Origin: Ostreococcus tauri
Taxonomy: Eukaryota
Length of the DNA: 32,000 nucleotides
NCBI GenBank assembly: GCA_000214015.2
Contig: CAID01000002.2
Span: forward strand, 100,624-132,623
Reading direction: 5' to 3'
The notes under the pieces were generated by a model. That model had not been told where the DNA came from. It ran no database searches and saw nothing but the letters and a program-made list of their open reading frames with translations. Of the stretch, positions 1-9,309 are shown piece by piece. A program made the position numbers and the translations under genes. Every line of letters starts with the position of its first letter. Within the stretch, counting starts at the first letter, position 1.

Positions 1-2
1 GT

Positions 3-1153
3 GAATGTTTTGGTCAGAATCCCCCGCGTATACCTCGCCCTCGCGCGTCGCGGAGTGCGTCTCCGACCGTCTCGACGGCGCGGTGTGGATGTACGAAGCC
101 TTCTTCACGACAGGGCAGATCGTTGGGTGCAGTGAGTACGGCAGCGTCTCCCGGTGACGACGTCCATGGTCAAGTTCAAGTCGCTGAAGACGCTCGTAAA
201 GTTGCCGTCTCGGTGCTCGCCAACGAGCGTCGAAGAGCGATTTCCAAGCAAGCTCTTCACAAAGTGACGGCGACGGTTCTTTTCATGCACAATCCGAGCT
301 TCACGTACGGTTTGGTGTCACAGACCGCGTTCCTGAACCGTGTGAAGAGAATGAGAGAAGATGAGGACGTCAAGCGCGAAGCGCGTGCGGTGGTCACTGA
401 AGAGGTCGCCGAGGCTTCGAATGAGTCAGAAGACACCGCGGATGTTAGCGACGATACCGCACAAATCCGTCAGCAAGAACGCGCGCGGAATCCGCAGCCT
501 TTCTTCATCGAGTTGGTGCACCAACTTTACCCATGGGGATATCACGCCTACGGAAGCATACGATACCAACAGCATGTGCACGGACGACTTCCGGATCGTG
601 AAGCATCTCATCGACGACGCGAAAAGAAAACATTCAAGAGAACGTCATTACTACGCCTACTAAGAAGAGAAAGACGCGTCGGGCGCACTTCTTTGACGAG
701 GCTTTGGAGCCAATACTGGTCCGGCTTGAAACGCAATGTAACAACCGAGAAAAAGTGAAGAAGAGACGGACCCAAATTGCACAAAATGTGACCGATGCTC
801 GTTGCAAGGCGAAGACTGAAGACATTCAATAGTACGCGGAGCTATGTAGAGGCTTGGAACAGACAGGTGCGCTCGAGAAAGCACTCACAAAGATGGAAAT
901 TCGCAAGGTGGTGCGAGCGACGCGGTCAAAGGTGCCCCAGAACAGCAATATTGAATGCCTACGAAACGAGCTCAAAAATATCAACGCGCGACTTTACGAA
1001 GCGAACGCGAAGGCTCCTATTATCCGGAAGAATCAAGTGTCGAAAAAGTCAAGTCGAACGTCATCCATATCCGATGCAAGCGTGCAATGCGCGCTGATGT
1101 GCCATGATGACGTGTTGACACTGCAACTTACGTATACCGAAATGAACGCCTAG
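3..1153 (+). CDS. 5'-partial hypothetical protein (acidic region, KKRK NLS-like patch, coiled-coil tail), probably 3 exons
   Basis: Frame 3 is open from the window edge to 758 but looks coding only to about 575. Frame 2 is open 602-832 (KKRKTRRAHFFDEALEPILVRLE...) and 833-1153 (coiled-coil-like, stop TAG 1151-1153). GT..AG pairs at 576-640 (65 nt) and 788-841 (54 nt) would join the pieces in frame. No family recognised. Confidence 0.3.
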
Positions 1154-1513
1154 CTCGTCGTCGAATAATCTGGAACCCCGCGTATCTGTGAAACGAATGG
1201 TTTTGAAGTGTCAGACAAAGTTTTGCGTCCTGTCGATCACGTTCGTCGTCGCTAGGCCGGATCAAAGTCGTCAAATCTAGACCCTGAAATCGCGAAAAAC
1301 ACTCGAGCTATCAAATCATTATTTTCGATAAAATTCACGTCCAAAAAGCATGAACTTCGATTGGACCTCGACGGCGCTACACTCGACGTGAAACAACGAA
1401 CAATGTCGCGTTTGAAAGCTCTTGACGTTTTATAAAATATATCCGCGATTCATTGCCATCGGACAAGGCTCCGCGACGCTACACGTGCGCAACGACAGAA
1501 ATTCACGTTTTCC

Positions 1514-1563
1514 ACACTTTTTTTCGATTTCTACCGAAATGGTACACTTTTTTTCGATTTCTA
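1514..1563. repeat. 20-bp perfect direct repeat x2 (ACACTTTTTTTCGATTTCTA), 30 bp apart, about 180 bp upstream of the UTP18-like ATG
   Basis: Identical 20-mers at 1514-1533 and 1544-1563, read directly from the sequence. Confidence 0.9.
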
Positions 1564-1742
1564 TATCCGTACGTATCAGGCCCAGCAGGCCTATGTACAA
1601 AGCGTTGCGCCTATACTCTGTTGGCGGCTGGAACAATCGCGTAGCAACAGGAGACGCGCCAACTCCACGCACCGGCGATATATCAATATCGAGGCAAGTC
1701 TGAGAGACCACACGCGTTTCCCGCGCAGCTTTGACCAAAACG

Positions 1743-2933
1743 ATGAAGGGCTCGCACGCGGGGAGGGATATATGTGAAGTCGACCAAGAGCTTGTCGGTA
1801 CGCCGACAAAGCGGTGTGCGAGAGAAAACCCGCCCACGCGACGCGTGGAGTTTGCCTCTTCGATCAAAGATAAAGTCGTCAAGCGTTGGACCATCATCAA
1901 GCACGCGTCTGGTGAGGCGGATCGCTCCCACGCTCGGCATACGGCAGTCGCATGTACCAGAAGGAAACAAAGAGAGACCAGCAGGCGCCGTTTCAATTTC
2001 ACTAGACTGAAGGATTTCGACTTCAAGAGCTCACATGAAGGCACAATCCTCGGAGTGAGTTTCCATCACGCAAGTAACGTAGCTGCGTGCGTCACCGCGG
2101 GCTCACGTGTTCATTTGCTTCGTATTGATGGGACCTCAAACAATATAATACAGTCTTTGTCGTTGACTGGCAGAGTTAAGACTGTAGAGTTCAGTCGAGT
2201 GAACGATCAGGTGATAGTTTGTGGTAAAAGTGGCTTATTCTTTGGTAATGTTGAAAGTGGTAGCGTTGAGAAAATTTCTCTACCGACAAGCTGTGCGACA
2301 GATGGCACGTTTGTCCAAACGGCAGGTTCGGACATCGTAGGAGTTGTCAGCTCAAACGAGTTGTGCATATTATCACAAAAAAGTCGGACGTGTGTTGCGA
2401 GCGTGAAAATGAGTGCACCAGTACGTTCGTGCACGTTTAGTCCCTCGGGCAATGAGATCACATGTGCAGCTGCAGATGGGAAAATTTATTGTTGGGACGT
2501 GCGAACACAGAGGTGTGCTCGGGTCGCTGGAGGTTTTGATAGTGTGGTACAGATATGTTCGTCACCTGATGGTAAAAATGTCATTACCGGCTTAGATGAT
2601 GGAACGGTGGAAATCTATAATGCAAGTGATATATCATGGGATGTTGCAAAAGATGGACAGAAAAAAGCAAGAAGTATATCAAGCTTTCGCACACGAATTA
2701 CTTCTTTGAATGTAGATCCTAGGGCTGACTTTGTCGCTATGTCGTCGTCACTCGAGCGAAATGCGTTGAGGCTACTCCATCTTCCATCTCTTTCTTTGGT
2801 GAACACGTGGCCAACTAGCATGACCCCATTGCACTATGTGTCTGCACACGCTTTTAGCCACGACGGGACCATCCTGGCTATTGCGAACGCAAGAGGGCGA
2901 GTACTCACGTACAGCGCGAGCACACCCTCATGA
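1743..2933 (+). CDS. UTP18: U3 snoRNP protein UTP18-like WD40-repeat protein
   Basis: First ATG of ORF 1731-2933. WD40-type repeats (GVSFHH..., DGKIYCWDV, DDGTVEIYN). The C-terminal block NALRLLHLPSLSLVNTWPTSMTPLHYVSAHAFSHDGTILAIANARGRVLTY fits the UTP18 C-terminus. The N-terminus is short for the family, so the 5' end is uncertain. Confidence 0.7.
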   Translation: MKGSHAGRDICEVDQELVGTPTKRCARENPPTRRVEFASSIKDKVVKRWTIIKHASGEADRSHARHTAVACTRRKQRETSRRRFNFTRLKDFDFKSSHEGTILGVSFHHASNVAACVTAGSRVHLLRIDGTSNNIIQSLSLTGRVKTVEFSRVNDQVIVCGKSGLFFGNVESGSVEKISLPTSCATDGTFVQTAGSDIVGVVSSNELCILSQKSRTCVASVKMSAPVRSCTFSPSGNEITCAAADGKIYCWDVRTQRCARVAGGFDSVVQICSSPDGKNVITGLDDGTVEIYNASDISWDVAKDGQKKARSISSFRTRITSLNVDPRADFVAMSSSLERNALRLLHLPSLSLVNTWPTSMTPLHYVSAHAFSHDGTILAIANARGRVLTYSASTPS

Positions 2934-3662
2934 GCTCTGGCGAATCCAGGAGGACGTACGATCCTGTTCCAACTTGACGTGCTACAAACTGGCGCAAAAG
3001 GTACGTGTATTCTTTTTCGGCATATAAGACCGCGTGAGTGGGAACAACAAGTGTCTAAAAGCGCTCTGAACGTATCGAGACAACCAAGAAGAACAAGAAC
3101 AAGAAAATAGCATAGACTGTTCCAGTTGATGTAAGCATTTCCAGGCCAGTATGATCCTAAACTGAGCGGCGACGATACGTTGCCTGGTTGCACGGAGGCC
3201 CAACAGAAGCTTCTCGCGCGTCTTCTCGGCTACTTGACCTTGACTTTGTTGTGTTCGAAGAAGTGCCTGTCAAACACGTTAGTATTTTTGAACAATGTAA
3301 TAATGGTGTGAACGCTTTCGCGCTCGTGGTAGTCACATGCTAAAAGAACGAGACGTTTTACTCCCCTTGGTTGCTACAAGGTGCCGCAACAGCAGTAGTT
3401 CACTCGCGTTATTACTTGACGCTGAAGCCTGCCCCGTGGGACCAGACGTACTCTTGCATTCGAGTAACCTTTTTACTTGCATCCGAGGCGGATCTAAAGA
3501 GTCGAGGCGGGTCTAAAGAGTGTGTAGATTGGGTGCTAGCGTGTGGGTGCTCGCAGCCGGGCAGTGCCGGGTATTCCGAAAAAGAGTGGCTCGTTATGCT
3601 AGACAAATATTGCTGCTCATTGCAACGTCTAAGGCGAGGAACAATCAAATTGTGAATCAAAG

Positions 3663-4988
3663 ATGGAGGATCGCGGTTATCTAGAAGGGCGCTCTCACGA
3701 GGAGCAAGCTAACCACAATGAGCTTTACCAGAATCAGTTACGAAGGATAAAGCATCTAAAAATGTGCGGGGCAACGAAGACCAAGCTGTGCGAAGCGGCG
3801 AAAGTCCTAAAGTCTATCAAATGCGCGCTTCGTACTAAGCGCAAGGCGACAAACACCGACAGTGGACCCGAAGCAAGCCGCTTCTATCCGCCGCCACTAG
3901 TTCTTCCCACAGATGAAGAGGGCTTTGTGGTATCTTTTGATGCGATGCGAGCATTAGATGAACATGGAGTAGAGACCGAATGCGCCAGATACTTCTTCAT
4001 GAAGTATGGTTTTGTGATATTCCGCGGCGTCCTCAATCCCAAGCAGTGCAAAGATACTGCGGCTGAAATTTGGTCCCACTTAGAACGGCAGTACCCTGAG
4101 CTGAGACGTGAGGTCCCGAGCACTTATTCTGTCCTATCATCAAAAACGTATGGACTTGCATCCGAACCAGCGATTTTTACACCACAAATTGTACGCAATA
4201 GATGCAATCAATATGTGGTCAAAGCTCTTCGTTTACTGCTGAATAAAACAGATATCTTAGTGTCACACGATCGTTGGTGCCTTTACAGGCCTACTAAGAA
4301 CATAAAAACTGAAGACTGTTCAATAGATAGGCCTGAATGGAAGACGAAAGGAAATTTGCACCTAGATTTGAACCCGTGGTTATATTTGGAAAACGAAATT
4401 CCACAGTTACTCAACTATGACAACTTGCGCGATTTTAGCAAGGAAATGAATAGCGTGACAGAGAAATCCGGTCCCCACGTTCAAGGCGTTTTGTCTATCT
4501 TAGACAATCTTGAACAAGACGGTGGTACAGTTCTTGTGCCTGGATTTCACAAAGTATTTTCCAGGTGGGTGCAACACCTAGGACCAATGGAGCAGTATGT
4601 GAACCACAGTGTTGCGAACGCAAATAGGCTTGTTTGGCGCGGAAACGGTGCAGGTAGTTTCAAGTTTGACGATCTTGACCCCGTGCACACTTTGAAGCAT
4701 CGGATTTCGTTGCGAGCTGGTAGTTTTCTAGTGTGGGATCAGCGACTTGTTCATGGTTCTTTACCGAATAACAGCTCTAAGTTGCGCATGGCTCAGTTTA
4801 TCAAGGCATTCGGAAGACAAGGGATTAATGATACACAGTACAACAGAAGATCTCAATCTATCTGCAAGCATATGAAGATGGCTGGTACGCTCGCTTTGGA
4901 TGGGCTCAAACGCGATGCATGGCAGGTACTAGGAATCCAACCTCAAGGACAGAATTCAACTACGGCTGTTGAAGACTCAACACGATGA
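3663..4988 (+). CDS. Phytanoyl-CoA dioxygenase (PhyH) family 2OG-Fe(II) oxygenase
   Basis: 441-aa ATG-initiated ORF. It has the PhyH-like N-terminal FMKYGFVIFRGVL, an HxD motif (GNLHLDLNPW), GGTVLVPGFHK and a distal His (FLVWDQRLVHGSLPN). Confidence 0.75.
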   Translation: MEDRGYLEGRSHEEQANHNELYQNQLRRIKHLKMCGATKTKLCEAAKVLKSIKCALRTKRKATNTDSGPEASRFYPPPLVLPTDEEGFVVSFDAMRALDEHGVETECARYFFMKYGFVIFRGVLNPKQCKDTAAEIWSHLERQYPELRREVPSTYSVLSSKTYGLASEPAIFTPQIVRNRCNQYVVKALRLLLNKTDILVSHDRWCLYRPTKNIKTEDCSIDRPEWKTKGNLHLDLNPWLYLENEIPQLLNYDNLRDFSKEMNSVTEKSGPHVQGVLSILDNLEQDGGTVLVPGFHKVFSRWVQHLGPMEQYVNHSVANANRLVWRGNGAGSFKFDDLDPVHTLKHRISLRAGSFLVWDQRLVHGSLPNNSSKLRMAQFIKAFGRQGINDTQYNRRSQSICKHMKMAGTLALDGLKRDAWQVLGIQPQGQNSTTAVEDSTR

Positions 4989-6431
4989 CTGTACATCTGT
5001 ATTCCAATTATCAAAAACTTCATGATTTTTTTGTTTGTGTAGCATGAGTCGGTCTAGCGCGAGCCAAAGGTGCCCCTGTATTGTTGATTTGTCGTGCAGT
5101 AAAGTTCTAGCCTTCTCGGCGTTGCTATTACGCAGTCGCTCCAAATAGAGTGAATCTGTGAGTATTGAAGTTTGCCTGAATGCCTTACACAGTTGTTCGG
5201 TTTTTCGAAGATTTTGAGTCGCGACCATTACTGCATTGTCTTGACTTTGGCGCTCATTTTGATACTGAACCTCTAATTTTCTCACAAGCTGCTCGAGCGT
5301 AGTAAGTCTTCTGCTTCGATTCTCCCCGTCGCAGATGGTCTGATGCAGCACATTTTCTGCAGAAATCACCTTCTTAACTTCGCAACCATGTTCGAAAGAA
5401 GTGCGTGAAATTTCGTCGTTCATTGACATTTTAAGTTCATGCATTAGTCTCGTCAGCTCGCCGTCAACGAGCACATGTGGCTCAAGGCTGAGTCTTGAAT
5501 GGAAAACTTGTGCATACGCCTGTGATAGTCTTGTTGAAGCTGCCAAGGTAGTAAATTGGTTTAACATGAGCTTGACGGAATTAGATAGCTCAGTCATGGC
5601 TGAATTGTGAGTAAAAACAACTGAACGAAAATTGCTAAGTTCCTCTGAGTGTCTCATCACTTTGGAATTCTGGTGCACATGTTTCATCGGAGTGAGTACC
5701 TCTTTGCTAGGTCCGTTAGATTGATCTTGAAGACTGACGTTTCGACTTTTCCACTGTAAAATAGTAGACTTCGCCTCCCGTACATTTTCTGACATTAAGA
5801 TAAAACTTTGTCTTGCGTCCTCAAGCTTCGAGATTAGCCTCCGTTTGGCTGCCACGCTGGTCCTTGCTCGAAAAATTTTACTCAACATATCATTCGAGAC
5901 GGATCGTAATCGGGTGTTTGTAACAATTATATCATCGAGAAGCTCTGGTAGCTCATTTGACTCGTGGGGACGCTCGGGCTTCGTTATCCCTCCTGCCTGA
6001 CCATCTTCTAGAAATACTTTGTATATTGTTTTTAACTGTCCGTACAGTTCAGGGACTCCAACACCCTGAGACGATGTGTTGACATCGCAAGCACGCTCGT
6101 AACGTAGCAGCATAACTAGCCAACTAAAGTTCGCGACGAGTTGTCGCTCTTGGCCACTTTTATGTCCGAGCGTCAAATTATTCAGCCAAAAGGGGTACTT
6201 CACACACTTCAGTACAAAATGGAAATGCTCCATGTCCTCGGCACCGTTCACTTCGTATCCGACAAGGCGTGACAACGATCGGATCAGCGAATCAATGTCT
6301 CCAGTGTCGCTTGGTTTAGTTGTGTAATCGCCCGTGTTTCGCGTGGAGCTGAAAGCTGCGACAAAGTCTGTTGAGCGGCGCCAACAAGACCGGGCATACT
6401 CCTCGTCGTGAAAGGGCCTAGGATCGCCCAT
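4977..6431 (-). CDS. NDC80: Kinetochore protein NDC80/HEC1
   Basis: 484-aa ATG-initiated ORF. The N-terminus DPRPFHDEEYARSCWRRSTDFV parallels human [22 protein letters not shown]. CH-domain block VLKCVKYPFWLNNLTLGHKSGQERQLVANFSWLVMLL. The remainder is long coiled coil. The stop lies inside the PhyH CDS. Confidence 0.8.
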   Translation of the reverse strand: MGDPRPFHDEEYARSCWRRSTDFVAAFSSTRNTGDYTTKPSDTGDIDSLIRSLSRLVGYEVNGAEDMEHFHFVLKCVKYPFWLNNLTLGHKSGQERQLVANFSWLVMLLRYERACDVNTSSQGVGVPELYGQLKTIYKVFLEDGQAGGITKPERPHESNELPELLDDIIVTNTRLRSVSNDMLSKIFRARTSVAAKRRLISKLEDARQSFILMSENVREAKSTILQWKSRNVSLQDQSNGPSKEVLTPMKHVHQNSKVMRHSEELSNFRSVVFTHNSAMTELSNSVKLMLNQFTTLAASTRLSQAYAQVFHSRLSLEPHVLVDGELTRLMHELKMSMNDEISRTSFEHGCEVKKVISAENVLHQTICDGENRSRRLTTLEQLVRKLEVQYQNERQSQDNAVMVATQNLRKTEQLCKAFRQTSILTDSLYLERLRNSNAEKARTLLHDKSTIQGHLWLALDRLMLHKQKNHEVFDNWNTDVQSSC

Positions 6432-6845
6432 GATTTCCGTGTGTGCGTTCGTCGAACAATATAGATAGAGGAGTACTCCAAGTGAGTGTCAACGGACAAG
6501 GTTTGTGGCGCGTCGACAGCAGTTGATGCGGACTCGTTCCTAACGGCAATCGCCAGGCTTCTCAACGTTTGATCGATCAAATCTGATTCAAGGAATCGAA
6601 CTTTGACTAAACCCTAAACCCCCGTCCGAGTGGTCGAAATGACGGGCATTTGGGCACATCTTTCGCGCGCTTTCTCCGACGCGTCGAGTGATTTGAGTAC
6701 GGTTTGCGACATTCACTGGCAACTAACATCACTCAGGAACCGCGTTCTGGTGGAGAAACCGTGCGCGGGACGGTTTCTTGACGCCGTCCGACGACATCCA
6801 CGTCGCGCGGCAGCCACGGCGATTTCAACGGGCGACGGTCCGAAA

Positions 6846-7719
6846 GGGTGAGTCTCATTTTCCCTACGTTTTTAAAGAGACCTACGTTTATCTTAGTGTA
6901 AATGAGACTGTTCATAAAAACGCACGCCGTGTCGACACGGCGTAGCGTATTGCTCTGAAATTAGGTCTGTAGGCGTAAAACAATGCCATGCACCATTCAA
7001 CAAAGTTTCGCATCGATCAGTGCACCAGCACGACGACGGCATAGTAGTTTCTGCGCGCAGCTCTGCCTCCTGCCCGATCACGGAAGTCGATTGACGAGTT
7101 ATGACTCAAGGAATAAGTGGGGTAAAAGCGGGTAAAACGGGGTTGTCTGGAATGTGAGCCTAAAAAGGTGTACATCCGGTTGGCGTCGGCGAAGACCATA
7201 GCGAGTTACTCACGTTTTTCGCGTCACAGGAGAACGTGTCGTGAATGTCATATTGACAAAGCGGCGCGCTAAGTAGAAGCACATATGGAAGTTCAGAATG
7301 TGATAGGACAACTAGCCGCTTAAGCACCAAATAGATGTGTCCAATTCAAGTTCATCATAGTACACGTGTAATGGATCCTTCACGTTCGCGTACCAATAAC
7401 GCGAGTCGTTTGAGAGATGGCATTCGTGAGATCAGCGAGGGGACTCGACTGTTCCGACGACTCCGCGGCGAAATCGTCGGCGACACCGTCCGATCGCGTG
7501 GATGATGTTCGCGTCATCATGGTTCGAGTGCTCTCCGTCGCTGTGCGAGCGTCGACGATGCGCTCTTCACCTTGCCGTCGTCGACGCAACACGCGTAGGG
7601 TAAATGAGACTCTTCCGCCGCGGAAAGTCTCATTTACCCTACGATGTCGTAGGGAAAATGAGACTCTTCGTAGGGCAAATGGGGTCTCTTTAAAAGCGTA
7701 GGGTAAATGAGACTTCCCG
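6846..7719. mobile_element. Non-autonomous Mutator-like (MULE/MITE) element with a 9-bp TSD
   Basis: Termini are GGGTGAGTCTCATTTTCCCTACG (6846-) and the inverted CGTAGGGTAAATGAGACTTCCC(G) (-7719). Direct repeat GGTCCGAAA at 6837-6845 and 7720-7728. The motif TAGGG(T/A/C)AAATGAGACT recurs at least 6 times near both ends, including an 18-bp-arm palindrome at 7594-7643. No transposase ORF. Confidence 0.55.
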
Positions 7720-7797
7720 GGTCCGAAAAAACGGGCAAATCTAGGGTTTAGTTTACGAATGAGGACTCTTGAATGACGAGAGCGGGTCGACGTGGAG
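7720..7797 (+). repeat. Dispersed repeat R2 (inverted copy at 20292-20375)
   Basis: CCGAAAAAACGGGCAAATCTAGGGTTTAGTTTACGAATGAGGACT...GGTCGACGTGGA matches the reverse complement of 20292-20375 with a few mismatches. The MULE-like element appears inserted into its 5' edge. Confidence 0.6.
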
Positions 7798-7823
7798 GGA
7801 TTTTGACTTATAGTCAAAATCCC
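7797..7823. repeat. Head-to-head junction of the two termini of the foldback family (12-bp arms, 3-nt spacer)
   Basis: The sequence is GGGATTTTGACT-TAT-AGTCAAAATCCC. The same termini (GATTTTGACTTA / TTAGTCAAAATC) bound the 17148-17613 element. Confidence 0.7.
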
Positions 7824-8105
7824 CAAAACAGCTGCAATTTGCACCTGCAATTTTGCTCTTTTGCATCTTGCAGGTAAAATTTCCCCCACCCCTAGCCTTG
7901 GGGGTGGCTAAATCTCAGGCCGAAGCAACTTTTTATCAATTGACCAACGTATAATGTATTGAATTTCTAAACTATCAAACAGCGATAAATCTGTCGAAAA
8001 TCCGTTCACATACGACCAATCAGGACTCACATCTGTGAGAGGGGGGGTGGCTAAATGGATTTTGACTAATCTCGGCCATGGTTGTGCACACCTTTTCTTG
8101 AGTGA

Positions 8106-8154
8106 GAATTTTAGCAATCTCCCTTTCAGGCTGAAAGGGAGATTGCTAAAATTC
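8106..8154. repeat. Perfect 24-bp-stem hairpin inside a 73-bp insertion (8105-8177) in the foldback arm
   Basis: GAATTTTAGCAATCTCCCTTTCAG-g-CTGAAAGGGAGATTGCTAAAATTC. The uninterrupted arm at 17190-17205 reads CTTGAGTCATAATCGG without it. Confidence 0.9.
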
Positions 8155-8456
8155 TATACTTGTAATTTTGATACTTCATAATCGGTCACGTCATGTATGG
8201 GTAAACAGTATGATCGGGGTACTCCAACTTGTGTTTTACCTTCAACAAATTTCGGCAAGTTTTCGCAACACGCGACATGTGTGCGCGGATAACGCGCCGA
8301 CGAGGCAGGGAGGACGTGCGCATGCTTCGCCACACGTAGTATCCACCACACACTATCGGATCATTGACGTTCTCACGAGAAGAAATCGCGCAGTCGAATG
8401 TAGAAGGTAGAACAACCTCACTCTGACAGAGCCGTGAGGAGACACCTTGAATCCTG

Positions 8457-8498
8457 CCTAAACCCTAGATAAACCCTAACAAAACCCTAGTTAGGGTT
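8457..8498. repeat. Interstitial telomere-like tract (CCCTAAA/TTAGGG variants)
   Basis: The tract reads CCTAAACCCTAGATAAACCCTAACAAAACCCTAGTTAGGGTT. Confidence 0.85.
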
Positions 8499-8656
8499 GA
8501 TGGCACGTGCACAGCACTGCAATACACGCTGACACCACAGTTAAGTGGATACGATGAACAACACAAGGCGTTCAAAGTCCTTTCCGAAGCCCGTAACGCG
8601 GATGAAAGTGACACGTCGAGCGCCTGTGCGCGTAGAACACTCGCGAGAAATAGACA

Positions 8657-8696
8657 CCTAAACCCTATGTAGGGTTTAGGTGGGGTTTAGGTGGGG
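8657..8696. repeat. Telomere-like palindrome plus GGGGTTTAGGT repeats
   Basis: CCTAAACCCTA-tg-TAGGGTTTAGG is followed by TGGGGTTTAGGTGGGG. Confidence 0.85.
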
Positions 8697-9309
8697 TCTA
8701 GACGTGGTTTCTTGAGAGTTTGGCGTGGAGTACCAGAGCGCGAGGAACTGCGTGAGGACGTCGCTATGTCCGTCGTACGCCACAGAAACTGGATGAATCT
8801 GATGTAACATGCATGTATCTACAACTGTTCATCGCTGCGCGCGTCCTCCCTGCCTCGTCGTCGCGTTATCCGCGCACACGTGTCGCGTGTTGCGAAAACT
8901 TGCCGAAATTTGTGCAAGGTAAAACACAATGGCTGTACCCTAGGACCTCATACTGTTTGCACATATACAAGTTTTAGAATGACAATTTCAATAGTTTAAC
9001 GCAAGAACGCTCATTCGCTGAATTGGAAAATCATCCACCCAAGATCCGGCGGAACCGTTCAGAGGGATACTGGCTTGAATAGATAGTGTAATATGCAATT
9101 GTATTAAAATGTATTTTTATATATTTAGATGAGTTTCAATGGATACTACATACGTACATGCGAAATGATAAAAAGTTGCTTCGGCCTGAGATTTAGCCAC
9201 CCCCGCCCGGTGTCCCGGGAGCCTGAGTGAAAGGAGAAAGCTGGCGGCGCTGGAGTGGACGCCACCCAAGCTTATGCAGAGTTGCCCTCCGTTCAAGCCA
9301 GAGGATTGA

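Larger units (their letters stand above)
8057..8968. mobile_element. Foldback-type element, copy a (3'-truncated), nested in the 7900-9204 element
   Basis: The left arm 8057-8340 and inverted right arm about 8700-8968 are homologous to the arms of 17148-17613 (GATTTTGACTAATCTC..GGTTGTGCACACC..CATGTATGGGTAAACAGTATGATCGGGG..). The core carries telomere-like palindromes. The right terminus is missing. Confidence 0.6.
7900..9204. mobile_element. Non-autonomous TIR element with 39-bp perfect terminal inverted repeats
   Basis: GGGGGTGGCTAAATCTCAGGCCGAAGCAACTTTTTATCA at 7900-7938 is the exact reverse complement of 9166-9204. A partial extra terminus lies at 8043-8057 and a third terminus at 22138-22170. 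No clear TSD and no transposase ORF. Confidence 0.65.

Noticed and set aside
1430-2044. 204-aa minus-strand ORF overlapping the 5' end of the UTP18-like gene.
   Set aside because: It is antisense to a gene with family support and extends into the AT-rich promoter and direct-repeat region. It has no recognisable domain.
6630-6851. 73-aa plus-strand ORF ending at a GTGAGT that looks like a splice donor. Also ORF 20385-20645 upstream of RBX1.
   Set aside because: The 'donor' is the terminal inverted repeat of the MULE-like element. The ORF overlaps repeat R2 sequence. Neither has a recognisable domain or a downstream exon.
7380-7889. 169-aa minus-strand ORF (and 7417-7701 on the plus strand).
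   Set aside because: It runs straight through the MULE-like terminal repeats, repeat R2 and the foldback-terminus palindrome. The peptide simply repeats the TIR motif translation (RVSFTLR / RVNETFR). It is repeat-derived, not a gene.
8154-8351. 'Conserved' peptides shared by ORFs 8154-8351(-)/17134-17400(-) and by 13940-14131(-)/28042-28284(+).
   Set aside because: The conservation comes from copies of the foldback arms and of MITE family Z. The ORFs have no ATG context, are short, and are broken differently in each copy.
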